Below are positions 33,448 through 42,450 of a DNA stretch of 45,402 nucleotides, piece after piece (position 1 is the first letter of the stretch; each line of letters starts with the position of its first letter). Source of the DNA: an uncultured Burkholderiales bacterium. GTDB lineage: Bacteria; Vulcanimicrobiota; Xenobia; Xenobiales; Xenobiaceae. A program made the translations under genes and the position numbers. Under the pieces are notes generated by a model. It had not been told where the DNA came from, did not search any database, and saw only the letters and a program-made list of their open reading frames with translations. The stretch is from positions 1 through 45,402 of the forward strand of contig CAZQPM010000001.1 in NCBI GenBank assembly GCA_964595195.1, written 5' to 3'.

Positions 33448-33720
33448 CGGGGGAGGATTCCCGGCCACGTGGGGGCCGGCCTGGATCTGCGAGGATCCGG
33501 CGTCGATGGCGGGCGGTCATGGTCGTCATGTCGCAGGGTTGCCCCGACTTCTTCCGCCGACCGGACTTCTACCAGGGATCGCCGGCGGAAGAGGGACGAC
33601 CCGGCCCGGACTCGAACCCCCCCCGCCTTGACCGACTGCTGCCGGAGTGAGGCGTCGGGCTTGCAGGGGCCGCGGGGCTGCCCGGGAGGTCAAGCCCGGA
33701 CGGCGCGAGGAGTCAGAAGG

Positions 33721-36700
33721 ATGGCCAAGGTGGACAGGATGCAACCCGCACGGGAGACGGCTGGATCTCACGGTTCGACCGACCTGGTGCAACATCATTA
33801 CCGCACGGGCAATCACCATCTCTACGAGAATCGTCTGGATGAGGCGATTCGGGAATTCCAGCAGGTCCTCGCCCTCAATCCCGAGCACGTGCAGGCTCAC
33901 TACGAATTGGGGACCGCCTATTTCCGTCAAGGTAGCCTGGACCTGGCCATCAAGGAGTGGCAGGAGGTCCTGGCCCTGGTTCCCAATTTCTTCAGGGCCC
34001 ACTACAGCCTGGGCCTGGCCTACGAGCGGCGGGGGATGCGCGAGAATGCCATCACCGAACTCCAGGTGGCCCTGAACATCGTGCAGAATCAGAATGATTC
34101 GATGTTCGAGCGGCGGATCATGCAGGAATTGGAGCGCCTGCAGGGGGTGGATGATTTCCTGCGGGCCGTCCGCAAGGACCCGGGCAACCTCGAGGCCCGC
34201 TTGAATCTGGGACAGGCCTTCCTGCGCCAGGGCAAGACCGAGCAGGCCGCTGGGGAGTTCGCCCGCGTCCTGGAACTGGACCCGAGCTGTCTGGAGGCCC
34301 GTTTCCAGTTGGGCCTGTGTCAGGCCCGCCTGGGCCAGACGGACCTGGCGCTCGAGCAGTTCCGGAACGTCCTGGAACTGGCTCCCAGCCACGCCCAGGC
34401 CCACTACAACCTGGGTCTGGCCCTGTCCGCCGAATCCGAACGGGCGGCCGAGGCCATCCACCATTTCGAGCAGGCCATCGCCCTGGGTCCTGACGAGGCC
34501 TACTTCCACTACAACCTCGGTCGCGCTTTTGCACGTCTGGGAGACCTGGATCGGTGCATCCAGGAATACCGGGAGGCCATCCGTCTGGACCCCAACGACC
34601 CCTACACCCACAACAACCTGGGCCAGGCCTACGACAAGACGGGCGCCCTGGATTTGTCCCTCCAGGAGTTCCAGAAGGCCATCGATCTGGACCCCAACGA
34701 CGCCAGCGTCCACTACAACCTGGGGCTGGCCTACGCCCGCACCGGTCGGTTGGGAGCCGCCCAGGCCGAGTTCGAGACCGCGATCCAACTGGATTCGAAC
34801 CTGGCCTCCGCGCACGCCGCCCTGGGCCGGGTCTTCGGGCGCCTGGGCAACTTCGAAGCCGCCAATCGCGAGTATCAGAGGGCCCTGGACCTGGACCCGG
34901 ACATGGCCGAAGTCTACCACGAGCTGGGTGTCTCCTGCGCCCGCCTGGGGCGTCTGGACCTGGCTGTCAAGCGCTTCCAGAAGGCTCTGGAATTGGAACC
35001 CGACAATCCGGACCTGCACGGTTCCCTGGGCAACGCCTACCTGGAACTCGACAAACTGGATCTGGCCATCGCCCAGTATCGTCAGGCCTTGGAGCTGTCC
35101 CGGGGGATGGGCCGGGATTGCAGCCTCCTATACTACCAGTTGGGACGGGCCCAGGCCGGTCTGGCCCAGCTTCCCGACGCGCTGGAAGCCTATCGGGCCT
35201 CCCTGGCGGCCAACCCCCGGAATGCCTTCGTCCACCAGGCCCTGGGCGAGGCCCTCCTGGCCCTGGGAGAACTGGACCCGGCCGCCGAGGTCCTGCGTCG
35301 GGCCCTGGAACTGGCACCCGGGAACCACGAGACCCTCCATCTCCTGGCTCGCGTCTACGAGGCCCTGGATCTTCCTGAACTGGCCCTGCAGAGCTACCGG
35401 CGTGCGCTGGACCTGCATCCCCACTGGCCCGAGTGCTGGTTCCGGATGGGCCTGACCTACCGGGCCCTGGGCAGGCATACCGAGGCTCGGGCGGCTCTGG
35501 GTCGGGCCACCTCCTCGGGCGAGCCCGGCGCCGTCTACCTCTATGAGTGCGGTCGCTCGGCCAGGTTCCTGGACGATCTCCAGGATGCTCGCGAGAAGTT
35601 GCTGCAAGCCAACGATCTGGAACGGCGCAACCTGGACTTCCGGATCGAACTGGCCGAGGTCCTGCGGGACCTGGGGGACGATGCCGAGGCCGCCGTCCAC
35701 TTCAAGAAGGCCCTGGCCCTGTCTCCGAAGCGAGCCGACCTGCATTTCGAGCTGGGCAGGGCCCTGTTCAACGCCGACCGTCCCGAAGAGGCCCGGGAGG
35801 CCCTGGCCACCAGCCTGAAACTGGACTCCGGGAGGGCCGAGGCCCACGACTACCTGGGCCGGGTCGAGGAGTCCGTCGGCAGGCAGGTCGAGGCCATGGA
35901 ACGCTATCGGGCCAGCCTGGATCTGGAGCCCCGGAACTGGCGGGCCCTGGCGCAGTTGGGGGGGCTTGTGCGCCTCCGGGGCCAGAACCGCGAGGCCTGC
36001 AGCCTCTTGCGCCGAGCCTTGGAGTTGGGTCCCGACGCCGGGGCGGTGGCCCGTCTGGGCTACGACCTGGGTTGCGCGCTGCAGGCGCTGGGGCAACTGG
36101 AGGAGGCCGCCTCCGTCCTGGCCCTGGCCGAGGAGAAGGGGTGTCTCGAGGTCGACCTCTCCTTCCGCCGGGGTCTGATCCTATTCGAACTCGGACAGTG
36201 GGGACCGGCCGAAGACCAGTACCTGCGGGCTCTGTCCGGCCATCCCCGGCCCGCCGAGGTCCGCTACCGTCTGGCTCAACTGTACGTCGCCCAGGGACAG
36301 TTCGTCCCGGGACTGCGTCGGGTCCGCGAGGCCCTGCAGGATTCGCCGGATTGCACGTGCTCGCGCTTCCTCGAGGCGGTCTGCCTGGCGGGATCGGGCC
36401 AGGTCCAGGAGGCCCTGGATCAGTGGCGTCGCCTGCTGGCGGACAGTCCCGGCTTCGCGGCAGCCCATCGCGAACTGGGGACTCTCCACGAGGGTCAGGG
36501 CCACCTGGACCTGGCCATCGAGGAATACCGGCGCAGCCTGGACATCGACCCCTCGGACGTGGACCTCCAGAATCGGCTGGGGCAGGCCTACCTGCGTCGC
36601 GGCGACCTGGCCCTGGCCGTGCAACCCCTGGACACGGCCCTGCAGCGCAAGCCTTCCCCCGAGGGGCACGCGCGCCTGGGCGAAATCCTGGTCAACCTGG

Positions 36701-37437
36701 GCCGCTGGGACCAGGCCCTGACCAGTTTCCGCCGGGCCCTCGAGATGGACGAGACCTGCGCCCGTGCCCACTGCGGCGTGGGCATCGTGCGCCTGCGCCG
36801 GGGCAGTTTCGACGACGCGATGTTCTCGCTGCAGCGGGCCATCGAACTGGCCCCGGATTGGGGGCAGCCCCGGGCGGAGCTGGGGTTGTTGTACATGCAG
36901 CAGTCCCAGTGGGCTGAGGCGGCCCGGGTCCTGGAGGAGGCGTGCGCCCTCGACCCGCAGGAGGCCACGCACTTGTCCCGGTTGGGGCTGGTCCACTTCC
37001 GGCAGGGTCAGCACGACCAGGCCATCGAGGTCCTGCAGAAAGCCGTCGATCTCGACCCCGATCTGGCTGAAGCCCACAGCCATCTGGGAATCGTCTATGC
37101 CGGGGCGAACCGCCTGGACGAGGCCATCGAGGAGTATCAGAAGGCCATCCGCCTGAACCCGGGAGATGCTCGGAACCATTACAACCTGGGCGTGGCCTTC
37201 TCGAGGCGGGGGGATTGGGAACGGGTCGTCGAGGCCTACGACCGGACCCTGGAGCTGGACCCCTCGGATCTCAACGCGGGCTACAACCTGGCCCTGGTAC
37301 ACGAGCACCTGGGACACAGGGAGGCCTGCCTCCGGCAGTTGCAGGCCACCTGGCAGGTCGCCGTCAGGAAACGGTCGGCGGCCTTCAAGTCGAAGATCAA
37401 GAAGGACCTGGAGCGACTTGGAGGTCGGACGCGCTAG
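33721..37437 (+). CDS. Giant tetratricopeptide-repeat (TPR) protein, 1238 aa
   Basis: ATG at 33721 follows GAGGAG, within track ORF 33343..37437. The upstream 126 codons have poor GC3. It contains about 30 consecutive TPR units of the form A..Y.LG.AY...G....AI..Y..AL.LDP....A..NLG. Confidence 0.85.
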   Translation: MAKVDRMQPARETAGSHGSTDLVQHHYRTGNHHLYENRLDEAIREFQQVLALNPEHVQAHYELGTAYFRQGSLDLAIKEWQEVLALVPNFFRAHYSLGLAYERRGMRENAITELQVALNIVQNQNDSMFERRIMQELERLQGVDDFLRAVRKDPGNLEARLNLGQAFLRQGKTEQAAGEFARVLELDPSCLEARFQLGLCQARLGQTDLALEQFRNVLELAPSHAQAHYNLGLALSAESERAAEAIHHFEQAIALGPDEAYFHYNLGRAFARLGDLDRCIQEYREAIRLDPNDPYTHNNLGQAYDKTGALDLSLQEFQKAIDLDPNDASVHYNLGLAYARTGRLGAAQAEFETAIQLDSNLASAHAALGRVFGRLGNFEAANREYQRALDLDPDMAEVYHELGVSCARLGRLDLAVKRFQKALELEPDNPDLHGSLGNAYLELDKLDLAIAQYRQALELSRGMGRDCSLLYYQLGRAQAGLAQLPDALEAYRASLAANPRNAFVHQALGEALLALGELDPAAEVLRRALELAPGNHETLHLLARVYEALDLPELALQSYRRALDLHPHWPECWFRMGLTYRALGRHTEARAALGRATSSGEPGAVYLYECGRSARFLDDLQDAREKLLQANDLERRNLDFRIELAEVLRDLGDDAEAAVHFKKALALSPKRADLHFELGRALFNADRPEEAREALATSLKLDSGRAEAHDYLGRVEESVGRQVEAMERYRASLDLEPRNWRALAQLGGLVRLRGQNREACSLLRRALELGPDAGAVARLGYDLGCALQALGQLEEAASVLALAEEKGCLEVDLSFRRGLILFELGQWGPAEDQYLRALSGHPRPAEVRYRLAQLYVAQGQFVPGLRRVREALQDSPDCTCSRFLEAVCLAGSGQVQEALDQWRRLLADSPGFAAAHRELGTLHEGQGHLDLAIEEYRRSLDIDPSDVDLQNRLGQAYLRRGDLALAVQPLDTALQRKPSPEGHARLGEILVNLGRWDQALTSFRRALEMDETCARAHCGVGIVRLRRGSFDDAMFSLQRAIELAPDWGQPRAELGLLYMQQSQWAEAARVLEEACALDPQEATHLSRLGLVHFRQGQHDQAIEVLQKAVDLDPDLAEAHSHLGIVYAGANRLDEAIEEYQKAIRLNPGDARNHYNLGVAFSRRGDWERVVEAYDRTLELDPSDLNAGYNLALVHEHLGHREACLRQLQATWQVAVRKRSAAFKSKIKKDLERLGGRTR

Positions 37438-37515
37438 GAACCAGCGGCGGGGATGTGGAAGGGTTTTCAAGTCGAAGCGGCCCGGAGCGGGCGCATCCAG
37501 ACCAAGGAGAAGACG

Positions 37516-39798
37516 ATGCAGTTCATCCGCGAGAAGCTGACAGGCCCGGTGACTCCGGAGGCCGAGGTCTCCCTGAACGGGGCCCTTCAAGAGCAGTTCA
37601 GACCCGTGGTTGCGGGGGCCCGGCGCGAGGTTTCGCGTCTGCTGGACCTGCAGGGACGGCGTGATCCTGTCGGCGGCGACGTGGTCTACACCCCAGAGGG
37701 CGAACTGCTCTATTACCAGGTCTCTCCGGGAAGGGACGAGATCGTGGCCGGGGCTGCCTGGCCCTCAGGGGCCAGGTCGCAACACTGGGACGCCTTCCGC
37801 ACCCTGATCGCCCAGGCCCTGGGAACCGGGGACTGGGGGCCCAGCCCCCTGGTCTCCCGGGCCTTCCAGATGCTCCGGGAGGAGGCGGCTCCACTGCAGG
37901 TGGGGGACAAGGAGCGTAAGGCCGCTCAGGCCCTGGCCAGCCCCACGATCCGCCGGCTCCTGCACGTGATCACCCAGACTCCCGGCATTCCCCTGCAGCA
38001 GGCCGCCGAGGGGCGAGGCCTGGGCGAGGTCACCCGGGACGTGGACGACCTGGGGGAACTGGGGCTGGTCGCCCGGGAGTTCGAGGTCTTCTGCCGCTCC
38101 ACCGACCAGAAGATCAGTCGGGTCACCAGTCTGGCTGCCCTGGACGACGCGGCGGGCAGGGGCTTCAAGTGCATCTACTGCGGCCGGGCCATCTCCGATG
38201 AACAGATCCTGCAACTGCTCACCGTGACGCCCGAAGGGGTGCGCCTCTCCCAGCCCAACGTGTGGCTGGCCATGCTTCTGGGCGGGCTCCTGCTCGACCA
38301 GGGGGTGGACCCCGCCCGAATCCTCTGGCGCCACGAGCCCGACCACAGGATCGTCGAGGTCTTCGCCGACGTGGAGGGCTCGATGGTCATGTTCGAGGTC
38401 CAGGAGGACGGGGTCAGCGCGGACTCCGTCTTCCGCTTCCTGTCCCGGGCCTCGTTCTTCGCCCCGGACGCCGGCTTCCTGGTCACTCCCAACCCGGCGC
38501 CCGGCAAGGCTCGCCGGGTCCTGGAGGGGCGCGAGGGGAACCTGAGGATCCTCGACGACCTGTCGACCCTGGGGGAAGAGCTGGCCGCGGCCCTGGAGGA
38601 TACGTCGCATCGGGTCATCGGCCGACTGATGGAGGACTTCGTTCCCCGGACCCGGATTTCGCTGGACCGCCTCATGGGAGACTACTTCCTGGGGGCAGCG
38701 CAGATCTGCCCGTCGCCGTCCGCCCCGGTGGCCGGGTCGATGGTGGCCCCCAGGCTGGCCGAAGAACCCGCAGCACCCGTCCAGGAAGCGCGCAAGACAC
38801 CGGATCCGATGGAACCGGCCGAGGCCTCCAGCCAGCCGGAGGCGCAGGTCGCTCCCGTCCAGGAACCGGCCGTGGCGGAGGCGACCCCCATCCAGGAGGA
38901 GCCAGGGCCCGTCGAGGCGGAGGTCGACCCTGCCGCCCTCGAGGTTCCTCCGCCCGATCTTCCGGCCCTGATCGGCGACTTCGCCCAGGAGATCATCCCG
39001 GGTCCCGTCGCGCTGGTCGGCGAGGACCAGGAGGACGTCCTGGAAGCCCTGGTCTCCCGGATCCTGGCGACCCTGAAGGAGTCCGGCCTGGCCGAGGGTG
39101 ACGAGGAACTGCAGGAGCGCCTCCGCGAGGTCTCGGAGCTTGACGAGTGCTCGGCCATGCTGGCCGATTCCGACGGCATGATCTTCCTGGGAGAGATGGA
39201 CACCGTCGATGAACCCGACCTGGTGGCGGCCTACCACGTCGACCTGGTCAACTCCCTGAGGGGCGCCCTGGAGGATGCCAATCTGGGAATCCTCGAGGGG
39301 ATCCTCATGGACGGGGGCAGCAGTCGGCTGCAGGTCTACCCCGCCGTCGAGGGAGTGAGCCTGGTGGTCCACTCGGGCAGGGCCGCCACCGAGCACGAGG
39401 AGGAGGTCGGCCCCTCCTCGCCCGGGGAGATGGCCCTGCGCGAGGCCATCCTCAAGAAGGCCCTGGAGGGCCTGGTGCGCCTGGACGGGGTGCGCGGAAG
39501 TCTGGTGTCCCAGCGTGAGGGCCTGCCGATCGAGTTCATCCTGCCCGGGGACCTCGACGCGGAACTGGTCGCCTCGCTCCTGAGCCAGGGTCTGTCGGAG
39601 TGCGAGCACTTCCTGGAGCAGTTGGGCATGGGGCCCCTCCGCCAGGCGCTGTTGCACGCCGGTGGAGCCTGGTACAGCCTGATCCCGCTGGGGGCCGAGG
39701 GGGTCCTGGTCACCGTCCTGGAACCCGAGACCTTGCGCGAGACCTGGCTGCACCGTCTGGGCCGGGAGGCCCGGATGATGGCTTCGGTGTTGAACTAG
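37516..39798 (+). CDS. Multidomain protein: unknown N-terminus, winged-helix-like segment, CxxC, PD-(D/E)xK-fold-like segment, acidic Pro-rich linker and two Roadblock/LC7 (MglB-like) domains
   Basis: ATG at 37516 lies 6 nt after AAGGAG, within track ORF 37453..39798. The wHTH-like segment is TIRRLLHVITQTPGIPLQQAAEGRGLGEVTRDVDDLGELGLVAR. The nuclease-like segment is HRIVEVFADVEGSMVMFEVQEDG. The Roadblock-like blocks are LDECSAMLADSDGMIFLGE...GILEGILMDGGSSRLQVYP and LDGVRGSLVSQREGLPIEF...LRQALLHAGGAWYSLIPLGAEGVLVTVL. Confidence 0.7.
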   Translation: MQFIREKLTGPVTPEAEVSLNGALQEQFRPVVAGARREVSRLLDLQGRRDPVGGDVVYTPEGELLYYQVSPGRDEIVAGAAWPSGARSQHWDAFRTLIAQALGTGDWGPSPLVSRAFQMLREEAAPLQVGDKERKAAQALASPTIRRLLHVITQTPGIPLQQAAEGRGLGEVTRDVDDLGELGLVAREFEVFCRSTDQKISRVTSLAALDDAAGRGFKCIYCGRAISDEQILQLLTVTPEGVRLSQPNVWLAMLLGGLLLDQGVDPARILWRHEPDHRIVEVFADVEGSMVMFEVQEDGVSADSVFRFLSRASFFAPDAGFLVTPNPAPGKARRVLEGREGNLRILDDLSTLGEELAAALEDTSHRVIGRLMEDFVPRTRISLDRLMGDYFLGAAQICPSPSAPVAGSMVAPRLAEEPAAPVQEARKTPDPMEPAEASSQPEAQVAPVQEPAVAEATPIQEEPGPVEAEVDPAALEVPPPDLPALIGDFAQEIIPGPVALVGEDQEDVLEALVSRILATLKESGLAEGDEELQERLREVSELDECSAMLADSDGMIFLGEMDTVDEPDLVAAYHVDLVNSLRGALEDANLGILEGILMDGGSSRLQVYPAVEGVSLVVHSGRAATEHEEEVGPSSPGEMALREAILKKALEGLVRLDGVRGSLVSQREGLPIEFILPGDLDAELVASLLSQGLSECEHFLEQLGMGPLRQALLHAGGAWYSLIPLGAEGVLVTVLEPETLRETWLHRLGREARMMASVLN

Positions 39799-39824
39799 TC
39801 GCGAACCCGCCGGAGAGCCGAAGG

Positions 39825-41528
39825 TTGGCCGCGGCCGGGACGAAGCCTGAGCCCGCCTCCGGGGCCCCAGGGCCCGGGAGTAGCGGGGGGGTCCTGGTCC
39901 TGGCTCGAGGTTCCCGAACCCTGCGGGGCGTCCAGCGGACCCTGGGCCTCGTCGGTTCGGCCTGGACGGTGGTCGGCAGCCAGCAGGATGCCCTGGATTA
40001 CCTGGAGCGGCAGACCCCGGACCTGATCCTGGTGGACCTGGCCTGCTTCCGGGGCCAGGGCCCCAGGCTGGTGCGGGCCCTGCGGCAGGCCTGCCCCTCG
40101 CCGGTCCTGCTGGTCTCGGGGCGGGCGCTCGACCGCCGGGATCGAGGGCCTCTGCTGCGCCAGGCGGACGGTGTCGTGGCCAGTCCGGCTTCGCCCGAGT
40201 TGTTGGCCGACCTGCTGGCGGCGGCCCCGACGCAGCCAGACCCCCGGCTTCAACTCCTCCTGAGCCTGGGAACCATCACCCGGTCCCTGGCGTTCACCGC
40301 CGACCCTCGGGCCGTTCACGAGCAGCTCCTGGATCTGCTCTACTTCGAGCTGGGGCTGCCGTGCGCGTTGCTGGCCACCGAACCGCGGCGCACCTGTCTG
40401 GCCAGCCGCGGGGAGGAGGAGCGGCCTGTGGATCTCCTCGGCCTGCTGGGCCTGGTTTCTGCACACCCGGGTCTGCAGGACGGGGAGATCCAGGTCGTCG
40501 AGGCCGACGCGGGGGGACCGGATCTGGCCGCATGGTGCGCCCGCCAGGGCTGCGCCCGGGCGGCCGTGGCGCCCATCCGGGGAGGCGGGCGCTTCCGGGG
40601 GGCCTTCCTGGTCCTGGGGCCCATCCGGGGAGGCGGCCCCTTCCGCCCGGACGACCTGGACACCCTTTCGACGATTTCCGGTCAGGCAGCGGTCCTCTTG
40701 GACAACCTGGAGTTGCATCGGGTCGCCCGGGCCCGGCAGGCCATGGTCGAGAAGCTCCTGGAGAGGGTCATCTACGCCCAGGAGGAGGAGCGCAAGTGGA
40801 TGGCCGCGGAGGTCCACGACACGATCGCCCAGTCGCTGGTCGGGATGCACACCATGGTCCAGACCTGTCGGCAGGTCCTGCACAGCGATCCGCCTCGGGC
40901 CGAGCAGATGTTGGATGGCCTGCGCGGTCTGGTGACCGAGAGCCTGGCCGAGATCCGACAGATCCTCTCCCATCTGCGGCCGGCCTCGCTGGACGACCTG
41001 GGTCTGGTTCCCTCCCTGGAGAACTATGCCCGGCGCTTCACCCAGGGTTCGGGGATCCGCCTGACGCTGCATCTGCCCGGTCGCAGCCAGACCCGACTGC
41101 CTCCCTTGTTGGAGACCACGGTCTTCCGGATCACCCAGGAAGCCCTGTCCAACATCAAGAAGCATTCGGGAGCGCAGCGCGCCCGGGTGGCCTTGGACGT
41201 AGGGACGACCGACCTGCGCCTGACCGTCGCTGACGAGGGGCGGGGCCTGGTCTGGTCGGAGGTTTCCGAGCGCTTCCAGAGCGGCGAGAGCTACGGTCTG
41301 CACGGGATGCAGGAGAGGGCTCGTCTTCTGGGAGGGACGTTCCGGTTCTCCAACGACCCCGGAGGAGGTGCGATCCTGGAGGTCGTGATTCCCCTGGCCC
41401 GGCCGACGCCCTCGGACGACTTCGGCCTGTTCCCCCCGGAAGCGGATTCCGACCTGCTCCTACAGGAAGTCCTGGGAGGCGAGTCCCAGGATGGCATCCC
41501 TGCCGTGCACCCCAGGAGGACCCCTTGA
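39825..41528 (+). CDS. Hybrid-like sensor histidine kinase: degenerate receiver, GAF, HisKA_3 and HATPase_c
   Basis: TTG at 39825 lies 9 nt after GGAGA (start uncertain), within track ORF 39600..41528. The receiver-like segment is VLVLARGS...PDLILVDL...VLLVSG. The H-box is EEERKWMAAEVHDTIAQSL, the N-box is ITQEALSNIKKHS, and the G-boxes are VADEGRG and GLHGMQERARLLGG. Confidence 0.8.
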   Translation: MAAAGTKPEPASGAPGPGSSGGVLVLARGSRTLRGVQRTLGLVGSAWTVVGSQQDALDYLERQTPDLILVDLACFRGQGPRLVRALRQACPSPVLLVSGRALDRRDRGPLLRQADGVVASPASPELLADLLAAAPTQPDPRLQLLLSLGTITRSLAFTADPRAVHEQLLDLLYFELGLPCALLATEPRRTCLASRGEEERPVDLLGLLGLVSAHPGLQDGEIQVVEADAGGPDLAAWCARQGCARAAVAPIRGGGRFRGAFLVLGPIRGGGPFRPDDLDTLSTISGQAAVLLDNLELHRVARARQAMVEKLLERVIYAQEEERKWMAAEVHDTIAQSLVGMHTMVQTCRQVLHSDPPRAEQMLDGLRGLVTESLAEIRQILSHLRPASLDDLGLVPSLENYARRFTQGSGIRLTLHLPGRSQTRLPPLLETTVFRITQEALSNIKKHSGAQRARVALDVGTTDLRLTVADEGRGLVWSEVSERFQSGESYGLHGMQERARLLGGTFRFSNDPGGGAILEVVIPLARPTPSDDFGLFPPEADSDLLLQEVLGGESQDGIPAVHPRRTP

Positions 41529-42214
41529 GCGAACCGAGAGCGGACCGACGCATCCGATTGCTGGTGGTGGATGACTACACCCTGGTGCGGGAGGGTTTCG
41601 CCCGCATGCTGGAGCTCTGTCCCGATTTCGAGGTGGTGGGCCAGGCCTCCTCAGCTCAGGAGGCCCTGGAGCGTTGTCGCCTGCTGCAGCCCGACCTGGT
41701 CCTGATGGACATCAAGCTGCCTGCCGTCAACGGGATCGAGGCCACCCGGATGATCAAGGAGCGGTGGCCGGCCATCGAGGTGGTCATCCTCTCGATGTAT
41801 GACGAGGACGAGTACGTCCTGGAAGCGGTCAAGGCCGGAGCCACCGGCTACCTGCTGAAGGACGTCAGCCACGAGCAGCTCTTTGAGGCCGTGCGCGTGG
41901 TCCACGCCGGCGGTTCCATGCTGCAGCCCAGTCTGGCGCGCAAGGTGCTGCGCGAGTTCGTGGCGATCGCGGGATCGGCGGCGGCGCCCGCGGCGCTCGT
42001 CACCAAGGATCAGGAACCGCTCCTCCTGTCGGAACGGGAACTGCAGGTCCTGCAGGCGGTGGCCCAGGGGAACAGCAACCTGAGGGTGGCCGAGGCCTTG
42101 ACGATCAGTGAGAAGACGGTGAAGGCCCACCTGCGCTCGATCTTCCGCAAGCTGGAAGTCGGCGACCGGGCCCAGGCGGTGGCCTTTGCGATGCGCCGCG
42201 GCTGGGTGGAATAG
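41525..42214 (+). CDS. NarL/LuxR-family response regulator
   Basis: Track ORF of 229 aa. The TTG start overlaps the kinase stop (TTGA). The receiver is IRLLVVDD...PDLVLMDIKLP...VVILSMY...GYLLKD. The LuxR HTH is LSERELQVLQAVAQGNSNLRVAEALTISEKTVKAHLRSIFRKLEV. Confidence 0.9.
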   Translation: MSEPRADRRIRLLVVDDYTLVREGFARMLELCPDFEVVGQASSAQEALERCRLLQPDLVLMDIKLPAVNGIEATRMIKERWPAIEVVILSMYDEDEYVLEAVKAGATGYLLKDVSHEQLFEAVRVVHAGGSMLQPSLARKVLREFVAIAGSAAAPAALVTKDQEPLLLSERELQVLQAVAQGNSNLRVAEALTISEKTVKAHLRSIFRKLEVGDRAQAVAFAMRRGWVE

Positions 42215-42450
42215 GCGGAAATCCACCGCCCGCTGCGGCCCTGGGGCCCGAGGATTCGGGAGCTCCCGGAATTCGAGGCGAGCGTTCCGTCCGCGACGGT
42301 TGAGCCCCGGAGTCCCCCGGGCCGCAGGACTCCGAGGGCCCGGTCGGCCCGCGCGAGCTCCTGTCGGGAGGAACCCGGGCAGGGCGGGGGAACAGGTGTT
42401 GAAATCTTTTCTGGACGCCCGGGCAACCGGGCAGTGGCGCGGAGGGCGCG

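Noticed and set aside
33600-33625. tRNA or tmRNA fragment suggested by GGTTCGAGTCC on the minus strand
   Set aside because: The flanking bases give only 2 of 5 T-stem pairs (GGGGG versus CCGGG). There is no acceptor stem, anticodon arm or CCA nearby. Probably a chance match or, at most, a decayed remnant.
33343-33720. N-terminal extension of the TPR ORF (track start 33343, or ATG 33427 with a GGAG-like RBS)
   Set aside because: Third-position GC is poor in this stretch (many gaa, caa, att, gat, tca, act, tct, cga and aga codons) compared with the coding body. The peptide is Arg/Ser/Thr-rich with no TPR pattern. ATG 33721, which has a GAGGAG RBS, precedes the first TPR unit.
42215-42450. 236-bp gap between the response regulator and the SPOR gene, as a possible ncRNA or promoter
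   Set aside because: It contains short palindromes (ggtgga...tccacc at 42205-42227 and cgggagctcccg at about 42258-42269) and a TTGAAA hexamer, but no acceptable -10 at 16-18 nt spacing and no recognisable RNA motif. Most simply it holds a terminator and an unremarkable promoter.
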